Assembly (NCBI GenBank): GCA_041677685.1
Contig: JBAYPN010000004.1
Location: forward strand, 1 to 32,000
Origin: an archaeon
GTDB lineage: Archaea; Iainarchaeota; Iainarchaeia; Iainarchaeales; CSSED10-239
DNA: 32,000 nucleotides
Direction: 5' to 3'
A model generated the notes under the pieces. It saw only the letters and a program-made list of their open reading frames with translations, ran no database searches and was not told the origin of the DNA. Positions 19,774 to 29,000 of this stretch are shown here, piece after piece. The translations under genes were made by a program, and so were the position numbers. The first letter of the stretch is position 1. The number at the start of each line of letters is the position of its first letter.

Positions 19774-20277
19774 ATGTTAAAAAAGAAAAACATTTTTAGT
19801 AAATTAAAATATCTAATAATTGCAATTATAATTTTAGTTCTTGGTTATTTTTTTGGGATTATTATTCTGTCAGTAATTGCAATAATAATTGTTTTAATTT
19901 CTATATTTTTTATAATCAGTTTGTTTTTTAGTAAAAGTCTATTAGCTTTAACAAACAGAAAGGTAAGATTGTTTATTGCTATGATCTTTTCAGGAGCTTT
20001 AAGTTATCTAATAATATATTTGTTAAGAAATCAGATTTTTAAAATTTCTTCTCAAGTTACACAAATAATTTTAATTTGGGTAATTGCTACACTGATGTTT
20101 GGAACATTATGGAATATTCTTGTAATTAGTAAAAGGAGAGTGTATTTAAAGGATAATGTTATAGATTATAATAAGATTGGAGAAAATAGAAATTTAAAAT
20201 TTAGAGATTTTGTTTTTATTTTAGTAATTCCAACAATAATCACTTTAATTTTTAATGTTCTTTATGTTGTTATTTAA
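19774..20277 (+). CDS. Hypothetical polytopic membrane protein embedded in the pilin cluster
   Basis: About 5 hydrophobic segments. The ATG at 19774 is preferred over the TTG at 19762. Confidence 0.45.
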   Translation: MLKKKNIFSKLKYLIIAIIILVLGYFFGIIILSVIAIIIVLISIFFIISLFFSKSLLALTNRKVRLFIAMIFSGALSYLIIYLLRNQIFKISSQVTQIILIWVIATLMFGTLWNILVISKRRVYLKDNVIDYNKIGENRNLKFRDFVFILVIPTIITLIFNVLYVVI

Positions 20278-20282
20278 ACAAG

Positions 20283-20322
20283 ATACATTTAAATATGTTT
20301 TGTCTTAAATTTTAAATATAAT
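20283..20322 (+). promoter_or_regulatory. 40-bp block with two tttaaata TATA-like boxes; putative promoter of pilin copy A
   Basis: Identical 40-mer atacatttaaatatgttttgtcttaaattttaaatataat is repeated at 21280-21319, in both cases upstream of a pilin start. Confidence 0.5.
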
Positions 20323-20378
20323 ATTAAATTTTAAAATCTAAAAGTTAATGTTTATATAATAAAAATAATATTTATTCT

Positions 20379-20384
20379 AGGAGG
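20379..20384 (+). promoter_or_regulatory. Shine-Dalgarno-like AGGAGG
   Basis: aggagg lies 8 nt upstream of the ATG at 20393. Confidence 0.6.
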
Positions 20385-20392
20385 AAAATAAT

Positions 20393-20950
20393 ATGTCAAA
20401 TTTAATTAATCAAAAAGGTCAAGCTTTTTCAACCTTTCAATTATTAATTGCAGCTGTAGTTGCTTTAGCTTTACTTGGTGTTCTAATGCCAATTATCATG
20501 GGTAACTTTTCAATAGGTAAAAGTCCAAGTGATTCTGCACAACAATATGCAAAAACACAAATTAATAATGCTGGTAGTTTAAATTACACAGACACATTAA
20601 AATTTAAAAAAGATGATTCAATCTCAGCAACAGGTGTGGCTGATGGAATTGATGTAGACAGAGACCAAGTTTATGTAGTAGTTCCAACGGATCTAATTGG
20701 TAACACATTTAGTGATCCTAGTACTTCAAGTTATAAACAAACAAAATATTTAAAGAGTACAAAAGCAGATTACAAAATTGGTGTTATTTGTGATTATAAA
20801 GAAAGTATAGAAGTAAGTTTAGGATATAATGGTCTTACTGGTGGACCAAATAATGAAGATGATTTTTTCTCAATAATTAAAGATTTAGATGATTTTAAAG
20901 ATCTTGACAATAGCATAAAAGTTTGTATCCTATTTCCAAAGAGAGGATAG
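20393..20950 (+). CDS. Archaeal type IV pilin, candidate major pilin (copy A)
   Basis: MSNLINQKG|QAFSTFQLLIAAVVALALLGVLMPII. It has its own promoter-like block and the strongest RBS in the cluster. Confidence 0.7.
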   Translation: MSNLINQKGQAFSTFQLLIAAVVALALLGVLMPIIMGNFSIGKSPSDSAQQYAKTQINNAGSLNYTDTLKFKKDDSISATGVADGIDVDRDQVYVVVPTDLIGNTFSDPSTSSYKQTKYLKSTKADYKIGVICDYKESIEVSLGYNGLTGGPNNEDDFFSIIKDLDDFKDLDNSIKVCILFPKRG

Positions 20951-20990
20951 TAACTTATAAAAAATATAATTTAGAAAGAAGAGAAATATT

Positions 20991-21197
20991 ATGAATAAAA
21001 TAAAATTAAAGTTTAAAAGTATCTTAGAGGATAACAAAGCTCAAGCAGAGTCAAACAGTATCTTCTTTCTAATTATAATTGCTATTGTTGCAGTTGTCCT
21101 AATTGCAATTGTAAAACCAATGTTTAACAAATCAGTTAAAGCCTCAGCAAAACAAGCAAACCTCCCAAATCAAGGTGTTACCCAACCTTTAAAATAA
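20991..21197 (+). CDS. Mini pilin-like protein, 68 aa
   Basis: EDNKA|QAESNSIFFLIIIAIVAVVLIAIV followed by only about 27 residues. Confidence 0.45.
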   Translation: MNKIKLKFKSILEDNKAQAESNSIFFLIIIAIVAVVLIAIVKPMFNKSVKASAKQANLPNQGVTQPLK

Positions 21198-21213
21198 GCA
21201 TAAATGTATAATA

Positions 21214-21245
21214 TCAATTACAATTTACTTTTATAAATTATTTTA
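21214..21245. repeat. 32-bp block tcaattacaatttacttttataaattatttta, repeated at 21910-21941
   Basis: Exact match read directly. It marks the 3' boundary of both duplicated units. Confidence 0.85.
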
Positions 21246-21279
21246 ATTTTTAATGTCTTATAAAAATTATACATCTAAA

Positions 21280-21319
21280 ATACATTTAAATATGTTTTGT
21301 CTTAAATTTTAAATATAAT
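21280..21319 (+). promoter_or_regulatory. Second copy of the 40-bp TATA-like promoter block
   Basis: 40/40 identical to 20283-20322. Confidence 0.5.
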
Positions 21320-21347
21320 TATATTAATATAAAAAAAGAGAATAAAT

Positions 21348-21904
21348 ATGTTAAATTTAATAAATCAAAAGAAAAGGGCCTTTCAAACTTCCAAATATTT
21401 ATATTACCTATAATGATTTTAATTTTACTTTCTTTTTTAATTGCAGTATTACCTGTAAGTCCTGACCCTAAGTTGAAAAATATAAATTTAGTTATAGAAC
21501 ATTCCATAAAAGCACAAATTAATACTACTGGTAGCTTAGGTTACACAGACACATTAAAATTTAAATATAAGGATTCTATTTCTGCAACAAGTTTGACTGA
21601 TGGACTTGATGTAGACAGAGATCAAGTTTACGTAGTAGTTCCAACGGATCTAATTGGTAACACATTTAGTGATCCTAGTACTTCAAGTTATAAACGAACA
21701 ATATATTTAAAGAGTACAAAAGAAGATTACAAAATTGGTGTTATTTGTGATTATAAAGAAAGTATAGAAGTAAGTTTAGGATATAATGGTCTTGCTGGTG
21801 GATCAAATGATGAAGATGATTTTTTCTCAATAATTAAAGATTTAGATGATTTTAAAGATCTTGACAATAGCATAAAAGTATGTATCCTATTTCCAAAAAG
21901 ATGA
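21348..21904 (+). pseudogene. Pilin paralog (copy B) interrupted by a frameshift
   Basis: The ATG at 21348 reads MLNLINQKKRAFQTSKYLYYL then stop. The frame of ORF 21413-21904, read upstream, gives ...KSKEKG|LSNFQIFILPIMILILLSFLIAVLPV. Removing one copy of the aaaag/aaaag duplication at 21367-21376 gives MLNLINQKG|LSNFQIF... in frame to 21904. Confidence 0.6.
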
Positions 21905-21909
21905 TTGTT

Positions 21910-21941
21910 TCAATTACAATTTACTTTTATAAATTATTTTA
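21910..21941. repeat. Second copy of the 32-bp boundary block
   Basis: 32/32 identical to 21214-21245. Confidence 0.85.
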
Positions 21942-22012
21942 TTTTCATAAAATATTTAAAAACACTAAAAATCAAAAAGCTTTTTAATTACTTCTTTTTA
22001 TATTTAAGTATT

Positions 22013-22618
22013 ATGCAAAAGATATTATCCACAATCAAAAAAGATAAAGCACAAGTAAGTGCTCCCTTTGAACTACTGGTTGCAATTATTGTTATGGCCT
22101 TTGTTATTCTTGCAGGAACCTATGCCCTAAACAACCTTTCAGAAAACACATGCCTTGGAAATAAAAGACAAAACTTTAGCGAACTTGTAACTGCCTTAAG
22201 AGATGTTACCTTAGGTTCAGATTTAACTTACAGAGATGTAGATTTTAGAACAAAGGCTTGCTTTAATGAAAAGTATGAGTTTGTGCAACTAAATACTTAT
22301 GAAGACTCAGGTAAATGTAGTGCCTACTGTGGAACAGGTTCTAATTGCCTATTACTTGAATATAAATATCAAAAAGATGATGATTATAAATACCCAATAG
22401 AACCAATCTGCACACATCTTCCCTCAACTGTTAACTTTGCAACTAAACTTTCAGAATGTGGGGACGAAGATATACTTGAAGAAGATTATATGATAATAAA
22501 TCCAAAAGGGCTAACAAAAGATAACCAAGGAAACATCCCCTTAGGTAGATATAAGATTTACAGAGCAAATCAAGAGAGTGCAAGCACGACTGTTATTTGC
22601 CTTCTTAAAAAAAAGTGA
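22013..22618 (+). CDS. Cys-rich pilin-like protein (class III signal peptide)
   Basis: MQKILSTIKKDKA|QVSAPFELLVAIIVMAFVILAG. About 9 Cys in the C-terminal domain. The TTG extension from 21905 was rejected. Confidence 0.6.
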   Translation: MQKILSTIKKDKAQVSAPFELLVAIIVMAFVILAGTYALNNLSENTCLGNKRQNFSELVTALRDVTLGSDLTYRDVDFRTKACFNEKYEFVQLNTYEDSGKCSAYCGTGSNCLLLEYKYQKDDDYKYPIEPICTHLPSTVNFATKLSECGDEDILEEDYMIINPKGLTKDNQGNIPLGRYKIYRANQESASTTVICLLKKK

Positions 22619-22626
22619 AATAAGAT

Positions 22627-23307
22627 ATGTTTGAATTTACCTTATCAAAATTAAATTTATTAATCTTTGTTACAGCAATAGCAGCAATTATGCTATTTTT
22701 TCTAAACACAGTAAATGCAAATTTAAAAACAAGACAAAGTTTTGAATTAACCTACAAGATTGGCAAAGAGCTAAAATCAGGGATTGATGGAAAAAGTTAC
22801 TGCTCCATAAAATATATAAAAATTCCAAAAACAATTAAAACTAATCAAGGCTCTTCAAACATATTTAATATAAATTATAAATTTAATATTGCACAATATG
22901 ATTATGAAAATCCCAACATCAATTCTTCACTTAACAAAAAACTAATAATTGCAATTACTGATCAAAAAAATAAAAAGATCTATGCAGCCTATGATATTGA
23001 CTTTGAAGGAAACTTTACTTTCTATGAATCAGAATATGATTTAGATACTGGAAAATATAACTTTCTAGAAAAAAAAGATGTAGGGATCTATGATCCTCTA
23101 AAAGTAAAAAGTATAGACACAACTCTTTTGTTTATTAAAAAAATAAATAATGGAAAATTAGATTACTACATTATACCTTGTGAGAAAAAAAATTCAATAT
23201 ATTCTTGTAAAGATTTTGTATGTAACAATGATGATGGATTATTTGATGATATTACCTGTAAGGATGTAGAGTTATGCATTACCGACGTAGGAGAAAATAC
23301 AACATGA
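22627..23307 (+). CDS. Pilin-like / N-terminally anchored protein
   Basis: MFEFTLSKLNLLIFVTAIAAIMLFF. The leader is very short and has no G/A-Q site. Several Cys near the C-terminus. Confidence 0.45.
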   Translation: MFEFTLSKLNLLIFVTAIAAIMLFFLNTVNANLKTRQSFELTYKIGKELKSGIDGKSYCSIKYIKIPKTIKTNQGSSNIFNINYKFNIAQYDYENPNINSSLNKKLIIAITDQKNKKIYAAYDIDFEGNFTFYESEYDLDTGKYNFLEKKDVGIYDPLKVKSIDTTLLFIKKINNGKLDYYIIPCEKKNSIYSCKDFVCNNDDGLFDDITCKDVELCITDVGENTT

Positions 23308-23837
23308 TATTTAAAAAAAGAGAAAAGGGTTTTATTGGGGCAATTGGTGATGACCTACCAAGCCTTATTCCAATTTTTATTGGTTTAATTATCTTTTTTT
23401 CTGTATTTTTAAGCACATACAATCTCTATAAAGATAAAACAAATCTCTATTCTTTAGAGCAAGAAGCAGTTATAATTTCTTTAACTCTAAAAGAAGAACC
23501 AATAATTTCAAGTTATGAGATCTTTCAACATCAATGTGATTTAGTAAACACTAACAAAAATTGGACAGCTTTTGTTACAGACTTAGATCTAAATTCAGAT
23601 AATCACAAACCCATAGACACCTCTGATATAGAAAATTCAATTGTTGCTTTTATAGATGAGGTTTCAAATGATAAAAACATTTTTATCTGCAACAATAAGT
23701 TTAAAGACAAAGTCTTAGACACACAAGATAATTTTTTTCAAACACAAAATAGAAAGATAGTATACATGTTTCCAATAACCTTACAAGAAGACAACTTTGC
23801 AAAGACTAAAAAATTATATGTAATTGTTTGGGAGTAA
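23304..23837 (+). CDS. Pilin-like protein (class III-like signal)
   Basis: MIFKKREKG|FIGAIGDDLPSLIPIFIGLIIFFSVFL. ATGA start/stop overlap with the upstream gene, and GGAG 11 nt upstream. Confidence 0.5.
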   Translation: MIFKKREKGFIGAIGDDLPSLIPIFIGLIIFFSVFLSTYNLYKDKTNLYSLEQEAVIISLTLKEEPIISSYEIFQHQCDLVNTNKNWTAFVTDLDLNSDNHKPIDTSDIENSIVAFIDEVSNDKNIFICNNKFKDKVLDTQDNFFQTQNRKIVYMFPITLQEDNFAKTKKLYVIVWE

Positions 23838-23844
23838 AATAGAT

Positions 23845-24609
23845 ATGATACCAATTATTAAAAATAAAAAAGCACAAGCAGCAATCACAGATGCTTTATT
23901 TTTCTTAACAATAATTGTGACCTTAGCAGTTATTCTCTTTAAGTTTTCTGCAACCTATGGAGACAGAGTTACTCTTGCAACAAACAATCTTTACTTTAAA
24001 GAATACTCCAATTCTGCACTAAAAACTATCTTCTATGCAGAAATTCCTCTTGACTTTTCAAAAGAAATTAGTTCTTCAAAAGAAACAGACTACCTAATGA
24101 CTGCAATTAAGGAAGATTATTTCTCAGATATGCAGATTGGAAGTTCAAAAGATATTAACACCATGATGATAATTAATAATTCAGATATCTCCAAATATAA
24201 TCTTTATAATCTCATTAAAGTTGTAATGAAGCCTTTACCAAATTATGACTATATGTTTTATCTATACAACACTAATGATTCTAAATTTGAATTTTTTACC
24301 TTAAAAGTTACAAACTTTGATTATGAGAAAGCAGTGTTTCCTCATCAACTAGACATTAATGCAACAGATTCAAATTATTATCTTTGTGATCCTCTAAGTT
24401 ATGCAACAATTAGGGATAGTTTTTCTGAGATCAGTGACATCTACTCTTCTTCAATTCCATTACAGTTTCCAGTTACTATTGGAGATAGAGACACAATCAA
24501 CATGACAGCAACATTTGCGATTTGGCCAGCATCAGTAACATTAACCAAAACAGATGAAGAGAATAACAACATAATTAGTAACTTTAAATGTAAAGCTTAC
24601 ACAGACTAA
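23845..24609 (+). CDS. Pilin-like protein (class III signal peptide)
   Basis: MIPIIKNKKA|QAAITDALFFLTIIVTLAVILF. GGGAG RBS upstream. The ATG at 23845 is preferred over the track start at 23824. Confidence 0.55.
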   Translation: MIPIIKNKKAQAAITDALFFLTIIVTLAVILFKFSATYGDRVTLATNNLYFKEYSNSALKTIFYAEIPLDFSKEISSSKETDYLMTAIKEDYFSDMQIGSSKDINTMMIINNSDISKYNLYNLIKVVMKPLPNYDYMFYLYNTNDSKFEFFTLKVTNFDYEKAVFPHQLDINATDSNYYLCDPLSYATIRDSFSEISDIYSSSIPLQFPVTIGDRDTINMTATFAIWPASVTLTKTDEENNNIISNFKCKAYTD

Positions 24610-25358
24610 AACTTTAAACCCAAGCCATCATCAGAATTATCAATTTCAAAATCATCTAATTCTTCGTCTTTTAAAAGATCTTTAATATCGTCTTCTTTCT
24701 TTCTAGTCTTTGATTCTTCTTTCTGTTTTACTTTTTTATTTTCAGAGTCTTTTTTAATTTCTTCTTTTTGCCTATCTCTTTTAGATCCTTTTTTAGAATC
24801 TTTTTTACTTTCTTTGTCTTCTTTACTTTTAATTTCTTCTTCTAGTTCTAGATTTTTTTCTTTAGAGACTTTATCTTTCTTCATCTGGTCTCTAATATCA
24901 TTTGATTCAACTTGAGAATAAACATCTTCAACTAAATTTCTTAGATCTTCTTTATTTTCATTAATATTTAAATTTTCTTTTGATCTATTTTCTGAAGCCC
25001 TATAATGTCTATTTGTCTTAATTGCACTTTCAATTTTATTTTTTTCAACATCTATATTTTTATTTTTTAATTGTGTGTAAATAGCCTCTGCAATTACATT
25101 AACATCTGGTTTTATCATTTCAGAAAGGTTAGTTAATATCTTATTAATAATTATTGCCTTTTCTTCATTGTTAACAACTTTAGTTTTTTTATCTTTTTTA
25201 AAGTCAAGATTTTCTAAAGTAATTTCACTATTATCAATACTATTATAGTTATCTTTTTTCTTAGAAGTTATATCAGGCTGAGAAGTATAGACTATCTCTC
25301 CATCCTTATATTTTCTATAATGTCTTCTTTCTCTTCTACTTAGCTTGTTATTATCCAT
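24606..25358 (-). CDS. Hypothetical highly charged (K/E/D-rich) protein with an acidic C-terminal tail
   Basis: 250-aa ORF of low complexity (KEDKESKKDSKKGSKRDRQKEE...), ending DDFEIDNSDDGLGLKF. Confidence 0.45.
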   Translation of the reverse strand: MDNNKLSRRERRHYRKYKDGEIVYTSQPDITSKKKDNYNSIDNSEITLENLDFKKDKKTKVVNNEEKAIIINKILTNLSEMIKPDVNVIAEAIYTQLKNKNIDVEKNKIESAIKTNRHYRASENRSKENLNINENKEDLRNLVEDVYSQVESNDIRDQMKKDKVSKEKNLELEEEIKSKEDKESKKDSKKGSKRDRQKEEIKKDSENKKVKQKEESKTRKKEDDIKDLLKDEELDDFEIDNSDDGLGLKF

Positions 25359-25399
25359 AATGTCTTCTTTCTCTTCTACTTAGCTTGTTATTATCCATA
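25317..25399. repeat. Perfect 40-bp tandem duplication (2.07 copies) spanning the start codon and first 13 codons of the 24606-25358 gene
   Basis: Positions i and i+40 are identical for i = 25317-25359, read directly. Confidence 0.9.
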
Positions 25400-25525
25400 T
25401 TTAAAATATTCCATTTATAAACATTTATATTATATACAATATATATTATATAATAATGCTTTTAAATGTTTCAATTTATATATATTATAGATTTTAATTA
25501 AAAATAAGATAAGAAGATCAAAACT

Positions 25526-26026
25526 ATGGAAAATAATATATTTCAAATAATACTAAATTATGTTTGGTTTATAATCAAATTGTTATTCTATGCTTTAATT
25601 TTAGCAATACCTCTTACATTAATAACTCTACCTTTAAGGAATTGGTTTTTAAAAATTAATAAAAAAATTGAAAATTTCTTATTTAGTTCTTCAATTATTA
25701 CTTATGTTATTAGCTATCTACTGTTGTTAGCATTCTACTTTATACCGATCATAAATTCAGGTTCTTTTCAAACAACAGATAAGTTATTGATTTTTATTTT
25801 AATCCACATAGTAAGGCTTGCAATTATTAATTTACTAATAACAGCAATAATTATTATCTTTATATTTATAATTTTATTTATTTATGAAAAGTTTAATAAA
25901 AATTCTAAACAATTTAATTTCTTTAATTTATGGAAAAGTACAGCTATAGGTTTAATTATTTTTTTCATAATTATAATCTTATTTCCAAAATTAATAGCTA
26001 TGTTAATATATTTAATATTTGTATAA
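25526..26026 (+). CDS. Hypothetical polytopic membrane protein
   Basis: 166 aa, 4-5 hydrophobic segments. It ends 18 nt upstream of the giant ORF. Confidence 0.45.
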   Translation: MENNIFQIILNYVWFIIKLLFYALILAIPLTLITLPLRNWFLKINKKIENFLFSSSIITYVISYLLLLAFYFIPIINSGSFQTTDKLLIFILIHIVRLAIINLLITAIIIIFIFIILFIYEKFNKNSKQFNFFNLWKSTAIGLIIFFIIIILFPKLIAMLIYLIFV

Positions 26027-26044
26027 ATAATAGGATGAGTTTAC

Positions 26045-29000
26045 ATGAAGTTTGAAAAGAATGTCTCAAAGATAATATCAATATTTTTTTTAATTCTATT
26101 TATAAATAGTATCTTTGCATATAATGTGGATTTTTCAAGATTTGACAACCCCACAGAAAGTGCAAACAATTTCTATTTACTAGATTCTGATATTAAAACT
26201 GACTTTGGAGGTGGTTGTTATACTGAAGAACTTCCTTCAGATGCAGTTGAAAGGATTTGGAATGAGTTGTTGGTTAAAGGTTTTAAAGTAGACATAGTTT
26301 CTTCAGACCAACCAGCAAAAACAGATAGAGACTCACTTGAAAAAAGTGATGTGATGCTAACAAACCAGGATAGTAAGGGTGGAGACATCATCATGAAAAA
26401 AGAAATGCCTTCCCAAGAAATGGATCCTTTAGAGATTCCAACTATTTTAGGTCAAAGCTGTTATGGTCCATTTTCATATGGTATTAATTTGACAGAAACA
26501 ATTAGGATTGGAAAATGTGAAAATGATACTAATTCTGCATGTTATCTAGAAAGTGATGGACTCTTTAGACAAAATGGAAATGAAGGCTTTTGGACAGAAA
26601 TGGAAGCTGTTGGTAAAGATGTTCTTGACATGGTTGGAGTAAATATTTTAAAACAGGAAGCAGGAGAAATAATTAACCCAGACTATGATTATAATACAGA
26701 TGTTGATCTAGGAATCTTTACTGAAATGTCCTATGAAGAGTTAGCTTTTTTTAAAAGTATACAACTAGATGATGCAAATAAAGACACAATCAATTTAGAA
26801 AGAACAAAAGCAATCATGGACAAAGCAATTCAAAATAGTGTAAAAACAGAAATTTTTAATTCAGGAATGGAGACAACCTGTAGTGGTGAAAATTGTTATA
26901 TTAATGTGTATTCTTTGTTTGATAAAATGTTTAATCAGTTTTTCTCAGCAGACCTTGTAGCAACTTCAGTCTCACCTTTACTATGGAAATTCTCTTCAAG
27001 AATTTTTTCAGGAATTGGAAATGTTGCAAAAAAGCAATTTGGAATTGAGTCTGCTGGTCAAAAGTTATTAAAGAATGGAACTATTAAGAAAGGTCACTTT
27101 TGGGATAATGTTCTAAACAATAATAATAGTCCTATGAAGGCTCTTAAAAAAACTATGGATATTAGAGTTGCAGAAAGAAATATTGGAAGATATGCAGATA
27201 ACCTTTCTTCAAGTTATTCATCTATTGAAAAACAACTAAACAGATATGATCTAAAACCACAATTTGAAAAATATCTAAAATCTTTAAAATCAAAAAAGAA
27301 TATTGAAGAGATCACAAATGAATTTTTTAAGTCTGCGGAGTTTACAAAATTAAACAAACCCCAACAAAGAATCTTCTTTGAAATTGCTCAAAAGTATCAA
27401 ACAAATTTAAAGATCACACAAATTTTCCAAGAACAATTAGGTAAAGATATTGATGATATTTTGAGTGCAACAACAACTGTTAGAGGTGCATCAATTCCAA
27501 GAAAAGATATTCTTTCAAACTCCAAATATACTTTAGATGATTTTTATAGATCTTTGACAAAAGAAGAATATGAGACTCTTCTTTCTAAACAGCAAAAAAT
27601 GAATCAACTAAACAAAAGTTGGGGAGATTACACTAACGGTCATGTTTCTTGGGATGATGGTGTAGAAAATTTAAATGTAGTTAAGAATAGAAGTTTTACA
27701 ATTCATAATCCAGCAACTGGAGAAGATGAACTAACACTTATTAACAAAGTTAAAAAATTAGATCAAACAATTCCTGGTAGCTTAGGAGAACTGCCAGCAG
27801 GAAGTAAAGCCTTAGTCCCAACAGACCCTACAAAATCTATAGGAACAGGTTTTGACAAAATGGCACAAACCAAAAAAGTAACAGTTACCTTCTCAGATGG
27901 ATCAACAGCAGAAATCACAAAATTGATTCCATATAAAGAATCTGAAATCTCAAGCATTGGACAACAATTCTTTGCAAGTGATTTACCAAAGTTCCAAAGT
28001 AGACCTGACATCTATATTGAATATTTATCAAAAAGTGGAGCTACAAAAAAAGTAAGAGCAACAAACCTTATAGTTGATGATATTGATCAAGTAGGCAGCT
28101 TAAAATGGTTTTCTGTAGATGATGTTGCGATGTTGACTGATGATGAAATTATAAAATATGGTTATGATCCTTTTGAACTTGCTTATGGTTACTCAACTAC
28201 AAAAGGAACAGGAATTATAAAAACTATGGATGCTGTTAATGACAAGGTTGTAAAGGTTATGGAAGACCAAGGTTGGGTAACAGGAAGGGGAGTTAACTGG
28301 ATTAACCAACAAATGAAAGCTCAAGACACGTCCTCTTACCAAAAGAAAGCATTTAACATGTTAACACGTAATGGACAAGCATATATAAAAAATTGGGTTT
28401 ATTGGGAAGTTCAGACAGCAGGAAATACTCTTCCATTTATTGGAGATACTTTCTCTAAATATAGTATGTATCAATTACCAGAAACTTACACTTCTGTAAA
28501 AATAGATCACCAACTTTCAGGAGAAATCTACAATGATTCATATATTGATTTCTTTGTAAACACAGGTTCTGATCAAGGGGACCTTTTTATGCAATACCTT
28601 AATTCCATGGTTTTCTGGTTAGTAAATATTGGAAAAGAAGTCTTAGACGAAACTGACTGGAAAGCAACTCAAGCAATAAGCGATTGGGGTAAGCAAATAA
28701 CAGAAGGGCAAATAAGAAGAAGCTCAGTAGATGATGTTGCAGTCTTTACAGATGGTGAGAACGGAGGTTGTGATAAGGCTTGCTCAATTAAAATAGGAAA
28801 TTCTCAACTCTTAGAAAAAACAACTCTTGAAAAATCCCTAAAAACAGACACCAATGTGGAAAATCAGACACCAATGCCTCAAAAGTTAGAAAAAGTAAAC
28901 ATCATTTACAGTACCCCAAGCGGAATTACAATTCCAAATTATATTCTTGAAAATACTGATCCAAAGAACATAGAAGAAGAAGGACAAACATTAATTTCTT

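Noticed and set aside
19774-20277. Membrane protein inside the pilin cluster as the missing prepilin peptidase
   Set aside because: It has no pair of conserved Asp motifs (no GxGD / GxHyD-like element), and at about 167 aa it is too short for an A24/PibD/FlaK-type peptidase.
21348-21415. Programmed -1 ribosomal frameshift joining the two frames of pilin copy B
   Set aside because: The shift region caaaagaaaaggg has no canonical X XXY YYZ heptamer, and I see no obvious downstream stem-loop. A 5-nt duplication (mutation or slipped-strand event) explains it more simply.
21905-22012. Long N-terminal extensions from TTG/GTG starts in the ORF track (21905, 19170, 19762, 23274, 23824, 15004, 10655)
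   Set aside because: The extensions would bury the class III signal peptides or overlap the upstream genes. In each case an ATG with an upstream purine-rich RBS fits better.
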